A stretch of DNA of 64,000 nt from Mobula hypostoma. Lineage: Eukaryota. A model generated the notes under the pieces. That model ran no database searches. It worked only from the letters and a program-made list of their open reading frames with translations, and had not been told where the DNA came from. The translations under genes were made by a program, and so were the position numbers. The stretch is from the NCBI RefSeq assembly GCF_963921235.1, contig NC_086114.1:27900001-27964000 (forward strand), in the 5' to 3' direction. Below, one piece after another: positions 11,986 through 24,876 of the stretch (position 1 is the first letter of the stretch; every line of letters starts with the position of its first letter).

Positions 11986-13829
11986 TTTCCACGATACAGT
12001 AACATTTCCATATTAACTTTCACCTGAAATTTGGTTGCATTTACTTCAGTGAACTTAAATGCACCGACATTAGTGCATTCCATATCTGTTGCACGCAAGT
12101 GTGAATAAATTTCTATGTCAATATGGGAAGGTCAGAAAGATAGATAGGGGACAAATGAAGGGCAGACTGAATATGGTCAGCCAACACCCTGGCGAACTCT
12201 GCAGCCTAGTAATCGCATTAGTAGAAGTCACATGACAAGAGAAGGAGTCCTGTTGACTTCAGTGTTAAAACACATACTCCTGAAAACAGACTTGTAAATG
12301 GGCCAATGAAAGACTGGTAGTAGCTGTTAGTATTTCTTCCAACACTACAGATACCACACAAAAAAACACAAATATAAATATTCATACATGCAAAGACAGG
12401 TGATATGAAAGTAGTGACAGACCGCACCTAATTCTCTCTTTCAAGGTTGCTTTAAGGATGTGGAAAGGATTCAACAAGTGCACGATTAATTGAAATTGTT
12501 AGCCTGGATTTGTGACTAGCACACCTTTTACTATTTAAGAATTAACAGAGACATTGTGCAGTCAAAATAAAAAGCACTTCTGAAATGCAAGTTATGTACA
12601 GTAGAAAATGGAGAATACTCAGAGTACCAAGTGCTACCAAAGACTGGAGTGCCCATCTTTCTCCACCAGTCATTTATCTTCTTTCTATCCAGCAATGTAA
12701 GATTGTTCAGAATACTTGGCCAGTATTCCAGCTATGGCCAAGCCAATAATGTGTAAAGGTGCAGCATCACTTTGTTATTATATTCAATATCTGTTGTTTA
12801 CAAAGGACTTCCCCAACCACATAGACAATTTGCTCTGCCACCTTCAAAGAAATATTGTTGACCCTAGGGTCCTCTGATCTAGTACTCCCTCAAATGAGGA
12901 CCACTCAGATTATACCACTGCTCCCAAAGAGAACCATTTCATGCTAATTTGCAAATGTTGACCAAATACCTACCTCATTGCAAAGTTTCATATCAACTGC
13001 AATCTTTGGAATTAAATTTCCTGTACCCAAATATCAAAAGAAATAGCCAATATTAAACCCAGGAAAACCACAATGCATATTTTTCTCCATTTAGATATAC
13101 ATCCAATCACCATTAACCTTATTTCCCTTGTTGAGTTAGTTTTGTAACAATGTTATTTCTTTAAAATCACAAGTTTCAGTTTTCTGATTAATTCTGATGT
13201 GGCTAATTATGAAATGCCTTTTGGGAGTCATTATGTATATATGTTGCACTTCCTCTCTGTCACTTCTTCATTCCCTTGGGTAACAGTGCATGCAAGAACA
13301 ATCGGGTATTGGCATCCAAAATATTCAAATGAGCTGGCTAGACTGACATTTTAATCTTTCCCATTCTTTCCCCAAGGTAACAAACTAATCTCAGAGGTAT
13401 TCACCAATTTCTTTCAGCAACCATTTTGGTGCTAGGCCAAACTCCGTAAGAATTTGAGAAGAACAAAGTACCTCCAATAAAGAAGGAGAAAGAGAAAAAA
13501 AAAACAAAACTTCAGTTTTTCAGGGAATCTTAGAATTTTAGGGCACTGAAGGAAGCTAATAACGTAGTTGTTCAGCTTACTTCCACCTCCCAGGTCTTAG
13601 TCTGGTAGCCTGTTAGGGGACAGAATATTGTGCTCAGTGCCATCTTTTAAATGTGATGGGACTCTGTCTCCATCATTGTTTCAAGCAGTGAATTCCAGAC
13701 CCCCACTAATATACATTTCAGACCTGCTTGCATCTCTCTTAAATTTTCTTAAATCTATGCCTCTTTGTTATTGGCAAGCAAGTCCTTCCTGTTCAAGTTG
13801 TCTAGTTCTTTTTACAGAAAGGTAAGTAT

Positions 13830-14118
13830 GGAAATTGGCCCTTTGGCTCAGCAAGTCCACACCAAACATCAACCACTCATTTTACACTGATCCTACATTA
13901 ATGGCATTTATTTTTATTATCCCCTCATTCTACCATCTACCTACACACTAGGGGGAATTAACTGACCTATCAACCTGCACATCTTGGGACATGAATGGAA
14001 ACTTAAGGCACCCAATGGAAATCCATGCAGACACATGAAACCTCCACAGCAACCAAGTTGGGATTGAACTTGGGTCTCTGCCGCTTAGAAGCAGCAGCAC
14101 TGCTAACTCTGCCACTGT
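13830..14118 (-). mobile_element. Decayed V-SINE-like element
   Basis: Same core, plus ggattgaact...gcactgctaactctgccactg corresponding to a tRNA-like head. Confidence 0.5.
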
Positions 14119-15570
14119 ACGTAATAGTCATTTCATAATTTTGTACACCCCAATTAAATTAGATTGCAACCTCTTGTGCTTGAAAGAAAACAATCCTAGT
14201 CTATTTCATCTCTCCATATAATTTTATAGCCTGGTCAAATCTTTATAAATTTCTTCAGCACCCATTCTTATACAATCATATTATTCCTATAGTGTCATGA
14301 CCAAAATAATACTTCACACTACCATTGATGCTTTTATGCTGGCTAGAATTTTCTTCTCTATTAACCACACTGCCACTTTTGACATCATTCTCAGTTGTGG
14401 TTCTTCCATTTAAGTCCTTGTTATTAATGTACAGTATGTCGCAAAAAGAAAAGGACTATAGAGCCTTTCTGCTATAGATCTCCAGTCTCTAAAGCTTCAG
14501 TACTTTCTGCTTCTCCTACTGAAAAATAAATATCACATGGGCTTTTACACCCTAGTTAGTCTACCATGTAGGGTTTGTCAAATCAACTGCTTGTAAGTAG
14601 ACTACGTCAAAATTACTATCCTCATCCGCACATTGTTTCTCAAAAAATGTTAACATAATTAGTCAGATTTGGACATGACTTACTCTTAGAAAATATATTA
14701 TGACTGCTTTTAATTTAACTCTGAGTGTTGATTTACCCAATTTGAAGTCTTCAACCAAGGAAGACTGGACAGTAATAGAGCTATATCCTCCCTTGATTCA
14801 TTTAAGAGTCTGGGATACAGTTTAGCTAAGCCTGGTGATTTATCCATTTTTAAAGATCCTGTTCCCTCTCATTATGCCAAAATTTCCAATATTTCTCATT
14901 CTTCCTTCTTAATGTTAATGACAACAAATTATGCTATTTATCTTAAGTATCTTTAGAACCCTTATGAAACATTCAGTAACAGCGCAAGGTAATTAATCCT
15001 CGTGAAACTGATTAACTGGTCATCGCTAGTTTGGTGCCAACTTTCTTCCAGTATAGAACATAAGATTTTGCACTAAATAATATTAGTTGACTGGGCAACT
15101 GTAAATCTCCTATTAACTATTTTTTTCTGGGGAGCCATTGCCAGAAGCTTAAATGTGGTTGGTCATTTTAAGAGGATTTCACCAAATCCTAATACCATGA
15201 CAGTTCTTTTATACACAAATTGCTTGCCAATGAATTTTAATAATTCATGAAAGTGCCAATAAATTGCAAAGAGTGAGTTACTAAAATGGTGGCAGGTGCT
15301 GGTGTAAATGAAATGGAGTGAATGAGGGGGATATGATAGGTGGTGTAATTTTGACTTCTACTCCAAGCAGAGTGGGATTCTTGCCCAAAGTGCATCACTT
15401 TACCTCCCACCATAAATCCCCTGTCTCTAATTCCCAGATCCCACTCTTTTGGCTTCATCTCATGTCTGTGGATAGATAGCCCATCAAGGAGTGAAGCTGA
15501 GAAACTCTTAAGTGTCATTTCCTAGGCTTTGTAATTCTAACATCTGTTCACTTTGTGGCTAGAGCCTCAC

Positions 15571-15757
15571 CTGTTAAAACACTTAAAGGCACGAAGTTTG
15601 GCTGGAGCACCTGGTGGTTCCATATGAAGACTCATGGTGGACTTCAGTTCCGGATCATTCCCCATGGCCTGTTCCCAGGGTGACACATAAGTTTTGATTG
15701 TCGATGTATGCTTTTTGCCTCCTCCTCCTCCAGTTCCCTTCCTATCAACACCTCCAC
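15571..15757 (-). CDS. MYOZ1: MYOZ1 coding exon 4 (not in ORF track)
   Basis: Hand translation GGGVDRKGTGGGGGKKHTSTIKTYVSPWEQAMGNDPELKSTMSLHMEPPGAPAKLRAFKCFN(R), containing the KTYxSPWE motif. Acceptor tgacag|, donor AG|gtgagg. 187 nt. Confidence 0.93.
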
Positions 15758-18700
15758 CTGTCAGGGAGCAAACAGCACAGCAACGGATATTAACATGATG
15801 TCACACTACCATTCCAGCTCATGTAGTTCTGATCACCAGGAGAGCAAAGACCATGGTTTTCCAGTACCCATTTCTGTGAATACACACAATGTAATTACAT
15901 TTATGCCTTGCTATGCTTTTATGAATATAACATGAAATTGATGTAGGAGAAGCCTCTCAGGTCTGTTCCACTATCAATAATGTCAGAGCTTATTCCTTGC
16001 CTCAGATCACATACTACCGATTCACTGGTTCTCCAACCCATTCCCACCACTCATGTTCTTCGTGTCCAGAAATCCATCAATCTCAGTCCTGAAATTTCTC
16101 AATAAATTATGGGGTTCTGTATAAAAAGGCATCTGAATGGACAATTCTTTATCCTAACAATATGCCTCCTTATTCCAGATTCATTGGATTGAGAAAACCG
16201 TTTCTGAACATCTACAACATTGATCCTTTCTCAGAATGAATTTCCCATTGATATCATATCTTGTCCTTCTTAACACCCAAATATAGTCAATCTTATTCAA
16301 TTTTTCCTCAGAATTCAGCCCCATCATTCCTGGAATCAATCAATGAAATCTACAATTCACTGACTTCCAAGCTAGTGTACCCTTCTTCAGGTACAAAAAC
16401 CAAAATTGCACTCAGTTGTGGAAATGAGATTTCACCAAAGCCCTAAGAATCCAGAAAGACTTCCTTACTTTTGCATTCTTGTAAAAGACACAAACATGAT
16501 ATTTGCTTTCCTAATTGTTTGCATGGTTACTTTCTCCAATCATGATTCAGCATATCTTTGGTATGCTAAAATTTTCCAGTGTTCGTCCATTGAGAAGTAT
16601 TGCTCTTTCTATTTTTAGATTGGACAGTATATTTTTCCACATCATACTTCATGTTCTGGGCTATTTACTTAAATTGTATACCTTTAAAACTATTTTGCAT
16701 TGCTGCTCACAGCCCAATTTCCCATTTAGGATAAGCAACATTTCACCCAAGTTTTTGATGCATTGATTCCTGTGGCACCCTACTAGTAATGGTCGTTCAA
16801 CCTGAATGCAACCCATTATTGCTTTACATGTAGACTCTGCCTAATCAAAATTCAGTCTAACTTATGCCAGTTACAACATCCTTAATGGAGGATTCCAGTG
16901 TTATGGTGACAATGTATGCCAGGTAAACAGGTTTGTAGTTCCTTACATTTTCTCCCTTCTTAAAACTTGCTATTTCATTTACTACCTTTTAACTGCTAAG
17001 ATAGTTCTAGAATTGAAGGAATTTTGAAATAATGCCAATAATTGTGCTGTCTCTATAGCCAGCTTTTTAAAATCTCTAAGGTGTAGGTTATTAGCCATAA
17101 AGGATTTGTTTGCTCCTTACTTTCTTCTCTGTTTTCTTATTTGTGGTACTAATTTTTCATAAACATTTAGTTTTGTTCCACTTAAGTCTTCAGCAAAAAG
17201 ATAAGCACAAAATAGTTATTTAATGTTAAGATATTTACAATTATAATTTGAATCTTTATTTTTACTTTCTTCCTTTTACTGGTTCAAAGAAATTTTAACA
17301 ATATTTTGATGTACTTTTTGGCTAACCAATAATCTATTTCTTTTCTGTACTTTAATTGTTCACTATTACCTCTTGCCCAAATCCTCAGGGTTACTGTTCC
17401 ACCTGGCAACATCAACTGCCTTTTCTTTTGAATTAGTGCTATTATTAACTTTAGTTAGATGCTGATTATTTTTTATTATTTTCTACTTCTCAATAGAAGT
17501 ATCAAATCTTATATAATTAGCTAGCATGTCTATTTTCTTGATTTTAACAACTTAGCTAAACCTATGTAAAATGATTCAATGTTGTATATCTATCTTTTTG
17601 TCTGTTATTTTAAGAAGGATAGTTTAACCAGTATTAGCTGCAGATAAAATGTAAATACTTACTTTCTGAAGCTTCCATGAATCATCATGTAAAGGAGGAA
17701 TAAAGCAACATTTGCTTTTCACTCTACACAAATTCTCTTGCTAAACAAACTCCTCCTGACAGAGCACCCTATTAAAGCTGCACTTCTTTCAAATTTACCC
17801 TGTTCAATCACAGAATGTTAATAGAATCACTACACACAAAATGCTGGAGGAACTCAGCAGGCCAGGCAGCATCTATGGAAAACAGTAGAGTCAACGTTTC
17901 AGGCAGACACCCTTCATCAGGCTAACCTCTTCCTTTTTACACATCTAAAGGAAACTGTTATTTCCAAATCAGTGTTGATTAGCTTCCCAATTTTCACTTG
18001 CATAGCCTTTTCAATTTGTGTTGTTCTTTGTGCATTGGTTGGGAAAATGCAACTGTTTTACTGAAGCTTGAGGTTCGTCTAAATAAATTATTTTCATTCC
18101 ATTGCTTTTTAAATTTTGCTTGTATTTTCTCCTCTTTTATTCCTTCTCTCTTGAAGCTATTTCACTGTCCTGATGTTTAATTTCATTGGCTGCTCCTGAA
18201 CCAATTAGCCAAATCATTAAAATGTATGCATGGTTACTGAATTCAATTATCTGGATGACAGGGAGGGAGCAAGCACTACAACTGAGTACGATAATCAACA
18301 AGCTATGGATTAATTTTTCTTCCCCTTTTTTGCAGAGAATAAGAACAGTGGCCTAAATCTGGTGTTGATGAGAAGCATTCTCAAGTATCTTGCTCAAAAT
18401 CCAGTGATGGGTGGCATTTAACACCTCAGCTCATAGAGAAGATCTATCATTGTGAAGACCCATCTTGTCAGCTAGGCTGTATCAAATGTGCCATTGTCAG
18501 TGCCATTCACATCCAAAGAATTTAAAGAAAGTTTGTTTGCTTTTTTTGTTACTGATTATTTGAAGGATAGGAGTCAGTTTACTTTTCCTTTGGAAATAGC
18601 AAGTTCTATGAAAATCTTGACCAAAAGAATTATGCATTTGTGGAAAACCTTTGAAGCAGTTGAATCCATTCATAACTATGAAAAAAATTCCAAAACAACT

Positions 18701-19317
18701 TAATTGGCTGCAAAATCTCTCAAGATTTTGAAGCTGTTAAAATCACCATAAGCTCCTTTCACACTGCCTATCTTTACAGATACTGGTCCAAGTTGACATT
18801 ACTATAGTGTTTTGTTGTGGGTTTTACATATGCAGTGATAACCCATTTATTTCCTGAACTTCAAACAAGCTTTAAAATAGTTAGGATTTCTATCTTCTTG
18901 GCAGCCTTGGTACTTCTGCAAAATGTAGACTTCATTTCAGTATTCAAACCCTATGATGCTTAGTTCTCACTGGTATTTTCAAGCTTTCAGGAGACTCGAG
19001 GGGTCACTGGAACAGCAACTCTTTGGAGAAGAGCTAAAATATTGAAACATTCCTAATATTTTGTGGAGATAAATTAGACTCTTTTACTCCAAGAGACAAA
19101 AAAATCACATCATTTTTTCCTCTACTGACTGTTTGACCCCATGCACCCTTCCTTCCATCTATGAGGTGGAATTACTATGTCTCTGACAGAATAATTGTTT
19201 CAGAGTACTTGTGTTGTTTACCGACAAGGCTTGAGTGCAAGCTTACTCAGATCTTTTAGCCTCTTTGCTAAGTTCCTCAAAACCTATTCATTTTCAGAAC
19301 CTCATTCATATGCTTAC

Positions 19318-19579
19318 CCTGAACCCCACTTCCCTCTGGACCTCCAGCCCCTCCGCTCCCTCCATCTCCTTGGCCACTTCCTTGTTTCCCAATGATTCCA
19401 GAGACAGCCGCAAGATGTTGAGGTTTGGGTTGAGGTGCTGGTGCTGTGCCCTTTGAATGTGTTCCATGCAGGCTGTACCCACTTTGGAATTTGGAGTCCA
19501 TCCCTCCAATCACCTGGATACCACCTGGCCCAGTCTTCAGCACAACACCAGAGCCAGGGAGGAATTTCTGGAAGTTGTC
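19318..19579 (-). CDS. MYOZ1: MYOZ1 coding exon 3 (glycine-rich region)
   Basis: DNFQKFLPGSGVVLKTG...GSGQGDGGSGGAGGPEGSGVQ. Acceptor ttttctag|, donor G|gtaagc. 262 nt, phase 0 to 1. Confidence 0.92.
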
Positions 19580-20989
19580 CTAGAAAATTAAAATTGTGAA
19601 TAAAAAAAACATTTCATTAAATTTAATTGTAAACAAAGTTCAGAGGTGAGGTGATTAGGATTCTTGTTGGTTTCAATTGGAATTTGCTTTAGATTTTGGC
19701 CTTCAACTCCAATAACTTTTTTAAAAAAGGCTATATTGTATTATCAGGTATGGAAGTGTTGTGGGAATATGGGATGTGGTGGGTAAAGAAAGTTGCAGAG
19801 CAATCGTGTGAGATGATGCTTTCCTTTCAAAGTAATCCTCCAAAGCTCAAAACAAATATTTACCCACACCAACCAGGATATCTCTCTCTCCCAGCCTGAT
19901 TTTCCTTTCCACCCCCCATTAGCTAAATTTGTTCTTTCATTCAGCTCTTCAGCATCCTCATGTTACTTAACCCATTGAAAAATGGTCTTCCACAGAGTTC
20001 TAATTATTTCTGTGCCATTAGCCTATCATCAGCTCAAACCACCTGTTGTATATTGGTATCCTCTCTCTTCAATCTTGACAGATTTTCAGAGATAGTTGAG
20101 GAACTCACAGTAAACAAGTCACATGATCCATTAGATAAAAACATTTTCCATCATCACTTGCCACACTGTTGTGCTAGCTTTCTAGTTGCAGAAAATTCAG
20201 CGACCCCAAAAATTCCTTTATGATGCAGCTTTCTATTTTTTTCTCCATTTAAATGATACTATTGATCTTAATTCCAAAATGAAAACCATCACATTCTGTT
20301 ATAGTCCACATGCCAGCATTTTGCTTACTCACCTTTCTCTTCAATATTATATAAACTGTTTGCATTCTTGCAACTTGCTTTCCCATCTATTAGTGTGTCA
20401 CCCACAAATTTGACCATCATACATTCACTTGTAAACAGTTGCAGTCCCAACACGGGTTCCTATGGTACCCACTTGTCACAGGTTAACAATATGAAAATGA
20501 GGACAAAAGAGATGCAGGTGCTGTACTCTGGAGCAACACAGAATCTGCTGGCTGAATGGCAGTAGGCGGAAAGAAACTGTCAAGATCTTGGGTCAGACCC
20601 TGTATTAGGACTGAGAGTGGAAAGGCAAGCTGGTCAGCAAAGACAAGGGAAGCAGAGTGGCAAGCTTGAAAGATATAACTAATACATATATTACCTCAGT
20701 AGCTGCTACTTTTAGGATTCTAGGATATAAGTCACCTGGTAAAGCAGTCTTATCAACCTTCCACCCCTATTAGTTTGCCTCATACTAAATCTCTTGTGAT
20801 GCTCTCAGTATTTAATTCCTCCCCATCATCATTCAGTATTGATGTCTGTTGCACCCATTTTGTATTAAGATTTCCTTACTTTAATATTTCAACCCTCTTG
20901 AAGTAAGAGCCAACATGCCATTCATATTCTCTATTGCCTGCTACACTTTTGTGCTAGCTTCTTATTATTATTAAGAATCTATCTTACTA

Positions 20990-23110
20990 CAATGTACAAA
21001 GATAGCTGTAAAACCTCTGTCAAGCTCCTCTGCCATTTCCTTGTTTCCCATAAACATTCACCAACCATTCTTTAGAGAGCAATATCTACATGGATTCCTT
21101 TCTGACTTTATATATACTGAAAGAAACTATTATTGTCAATAGTTATATTTCTCATCCGTTTTCCCTCCTAGTTTATTTCCTCTGTTTTTTATTATTATGG
21201 TCCTCCTTTACCAGATGCAGAATTTATCCCAATCTTCAGATACACTGCTGACTTATGCCTCTATATGCTTTCATTTTCAATATCTTCCTTAAATTCCTTG
21301 GTAAGCCCTGGTTGGATCATTCTTTCTTGGAATCTTTTCTTATTACTGGATACAATTTTGCTGAATGTTATGAATTACCTCATTAAACACCTGCCAATAC
21401 TTAACTATTGTTGTCCTGCTAATCTATCAGCACAGTTTGCTTTAGCCTTATTCATTGTAATTCCCTTTATTTGTTACAATTCCCATACAACTGTTTCTGT
21501 TCCATTGCGGCTTTCTCCCTCTCCCTCTCAACTTACATACAAAATAGTATGATCCCGTGATGATTACTTACCAGGAGACTCAGTCAATTATTAAGAATCT
21601 GCCACACTACCCTTTATCAAAGCCAAGATAGCTTGTTCCTGCTTGGCTCCAGAAAACCACCCCAAATGCACTCCATGAATTCATTCTCAAAGCAGATTTT
21701 TCCAACTTCACTGACTGAATCAAAGTGAAAGTTAAAGATTCCTATAATGAAAGCACTGATCTTTTAACAGCTCCACTTCCCCCCATAATTTTGTTGATTT
21801 ATATCCTTTCTGAACATGTGGTTACTGTTTGGGGATCTGTACACTACTCCTACAATGGTTTTCTTTCCCTTGTTGCTTTTTAACCCCAGCCAAATAGATT
21901 CAACATCTTCTGAGCCTTGATCAACTGTGACAAGTAAACCTATTTCATACCTTATTAATAGTGTTACCCACCACCCTTACCTTACTGCCTATCCTTGTTA
22001 AAAATCACATATCTCTAATCATTAAGTTCCCAGTTTTGATTTTCTATTAACCATGTCTCCATAATGGTTATGAAATTATACCCTTTTGCCCGATTTGTTC
22101 ATCTAAGTACCTAACTGTAAATACTTCATGCATTGATCCTAAATCTTCAGGCATGCCTTTTCACCATTTTTTAATTATCTTGTCTTTTTTGTACTATGAC
22201 CCTTTTGCTCTTTATTTTCCCTTCTTTTGCTTTTAAATTCTAGAGTTAACTTCTTCTTTTATTCCTGTTTTTTCTCTCTCTCTTCCTGGTCATCTTGCTT
22301 AGGTTCCCATTCCCCTGCCACTCTAGTTAAACCCTCCCCAATAGCACCAGCAAACAACCCTGTCAGTCCTTCACGGATGTAAACCAAACCACTTCTATAG
22401 CTCCTATCCTTTCCAAAACTGATTCCAGTGTCTCTGGAAACTAAATCCCTCCATTTCTTTAGTATGCATTCCCAGTCTATTTTTCCTGTACTACATTTAA
22501 TGCTCTGCTTTTCTAATTTATCTTTTAGAAGCATAGAAAACCTACAGCACAATATAGGCCCTTCAGCCCACAGTGCTGTGCCGAACATGTACTTACTTTA
22601 GAAATTACCTAGGGTTACCCATAGCCCTCTATTTTCCTAAGCTCCATGTACCTATCCAGGAGCCTCTTTAAAAAACCCTACCATATCTGCCTCCACCACC
22701 ATCGCCGGCAGCCTGTTCCACACACTGCCACTCTCTGTGTAAAAAAACTTACCCCTGACATCTCCTCTGTACCTAATTCCAAGCACCTTAAAACTGTGCC
22801 CTCTTGTGATAGCCATTTCAGCCCTGGGAAAAAGCCTCTGACTATCCACACGATCAATGCCTCTCATCATCATCTACTTTAGCTACTTTAATTTGTTTTC
22901 CAGGACCTTATTCCTTTCTCTCACCTATGTCATTGGTACTGATATGTATTACCAGCACTGGCTGTTCACCATCTCCTCTCAAGGTGTTCTGTCATTGCTC
23001 CAAGACATCCTTGACACTGGCATCAGAGAGGCAATATGCCACCCAGGAGTCATGTTTGTGGCTGTAGAACCACTTATCTGTTTCCCTTAGAATGGAATTA
23101 TCTGTCACTC
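20990..23110 (-). mobile_element. Old decayed CR1 (EN/ORF1 region) with a young CR1 3' fragment inserted at ~22530-22872
   Basis: ORF 22652..22873 (MRGIDRVDSQRLFPRAE) is near-identical to 24890-25210. The flanks resemble 27000-28100 at low identity. Confidence 0.7.
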
Positions 23111-23659
23111 TAGCTCAACAACTCTCTGCTCACCCCTCATCTTCTATCTACTTTCCAAAGCAATAATTTATTGCAACCTTCCAGCTCCAGATTACAGTTT
23201 GATCTATTAGTTCACACTTAAAAGTGGCAGCCCACTGGGGGACCTGTTGAAACAGTTTTAGCATCCATCTGTTCTTCACAAGTTGTCATTTTCTCTAGTC
23301 AATCATTAGACTCCCAGTACCCAGATCTTTTCCAGTCAAGGGATGCATCTTAAACGTTACTTGTATTTGTAATTACTTTTGATGCTGTTGATTCCTAAAT
23401 CTTTTCCAAACAATGAGAAATGACTGCTTGTAGTTCCTCTACTCAATGTGTTCTGTTTGCAGAGTTTAGGACACTTCTTGGATTATCCCTGTTCTACAGG
23501 TTTTCATTCGCACCAAACCCATCATATAATATGTGATAAAAATTAATTTATAGATCAATTTCAACAGAAAGGAAAATGGATGTAACATAAATTGGATTGA
23601 GGTAAAGATGAGGCTCAGTGTAAATCAGATCATGTGTGAATCTGGTGTGGTTTTAACTT

Positions 23660-23925
23660 GGAGCAAGTTTTTCCACTGAGGTTGAGTGAGACTAGAACTA
23701 GAGGCCATGAGTTAAGGGTGGAAAAATAAAATGTTTAAGGGGAATATGAGGAAGAACTTCTTCACTCGGAGGGTGGTAAGAGTGTGAAATGAGCTGCCAG
23801 CAGAAGTTGTGGATGTGGGTTCAGTTTCAACATTTTAGAGAAGTTTAAATAAGTACATGGGACTGGACTAGTTCAGCACTTACTAGATGAGCCAAAGGGC
23901 CTGTTTGTGTACTGTAGTGCTCTAA
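23660..23925 (+). mobile_element. CR1 3' fragment
   Basis: gagactagaactagagg...aacttcttcactcggagggtggt...gagctgccag pattern. Confidence 0.75.
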
Positions 23926-24876
23926 GAATAAAAACTGGCAGAGTGGAAAGTTGGCATGCAGAACATTTAAAGTAGCTTAAATGAGATGCAGTGTTTATCA
24001 GCAGAGGCTTACAGGTGCTTCAAAAACTAAGGTGCTAATTCATTATGAATTCATACAGTCTACCTTGGGACATATCTCCGCCTTTGAAGATGATATATCA
24101 TTGCTTTGTGCACATTGAATCCACGTTGTGATGATAGGTTTATTAATTGTTCACTATTTTTATTGATTATACTTCCCACTTCTCTCATTACTGCTTTTTC
24201 CAGTTTACATATTTTTAAATACTTTTTCACATCTGTGCTATTTAGATTTCGTCTATTAGAATGCCCATACACTATGAAACATCATTGGGCCACACTAACT
24301 AACCAACACCTTATTTTAAAACATTTTATTACTTTCCCCAAACCTCATTTTACAGTATTACAAATTACTTAACACTCATACCACAATATCCATTCAGTAT
24401 GGATGGGGAGATTTTTAGCATAAATAGATTGATGTTATGTTTATTTTATTTCAATATCTTCATTATCTCAAAGGGGGGGTCTTTGAATATCAACCTGACG
24501 ATAGAATAAAAAATATAACATTTTCTTTAAGTGATGGAAATTTTTAAAAATTTTGCACTCTAAAATTTCATTCTTTTTTTTGGCAGACGGTATCATAAAA
24601 GCACATTATCGAGAAACATCATGAATAGTTGGGATGCATTGATTGAAAAGTAATGTTAATCAGTTTCTCATCAGTAATAAACTTGTTTTTTTTTCTTTAT
24701 TTATGAGAGAAGTCGACAAGAACTTGAAGCCCAGTCATGTCAGTCAATTATTAGACATGTAGCATGTAGGAGGAAAAGTTCAAACAGAATGTCATGAAAA
24801 AAAATCAAATGAGTGATAAATTCCAGCGTGGAAAGGCAAATAGCACCAGAGGAACACACACAGAATGCTGAAGGAA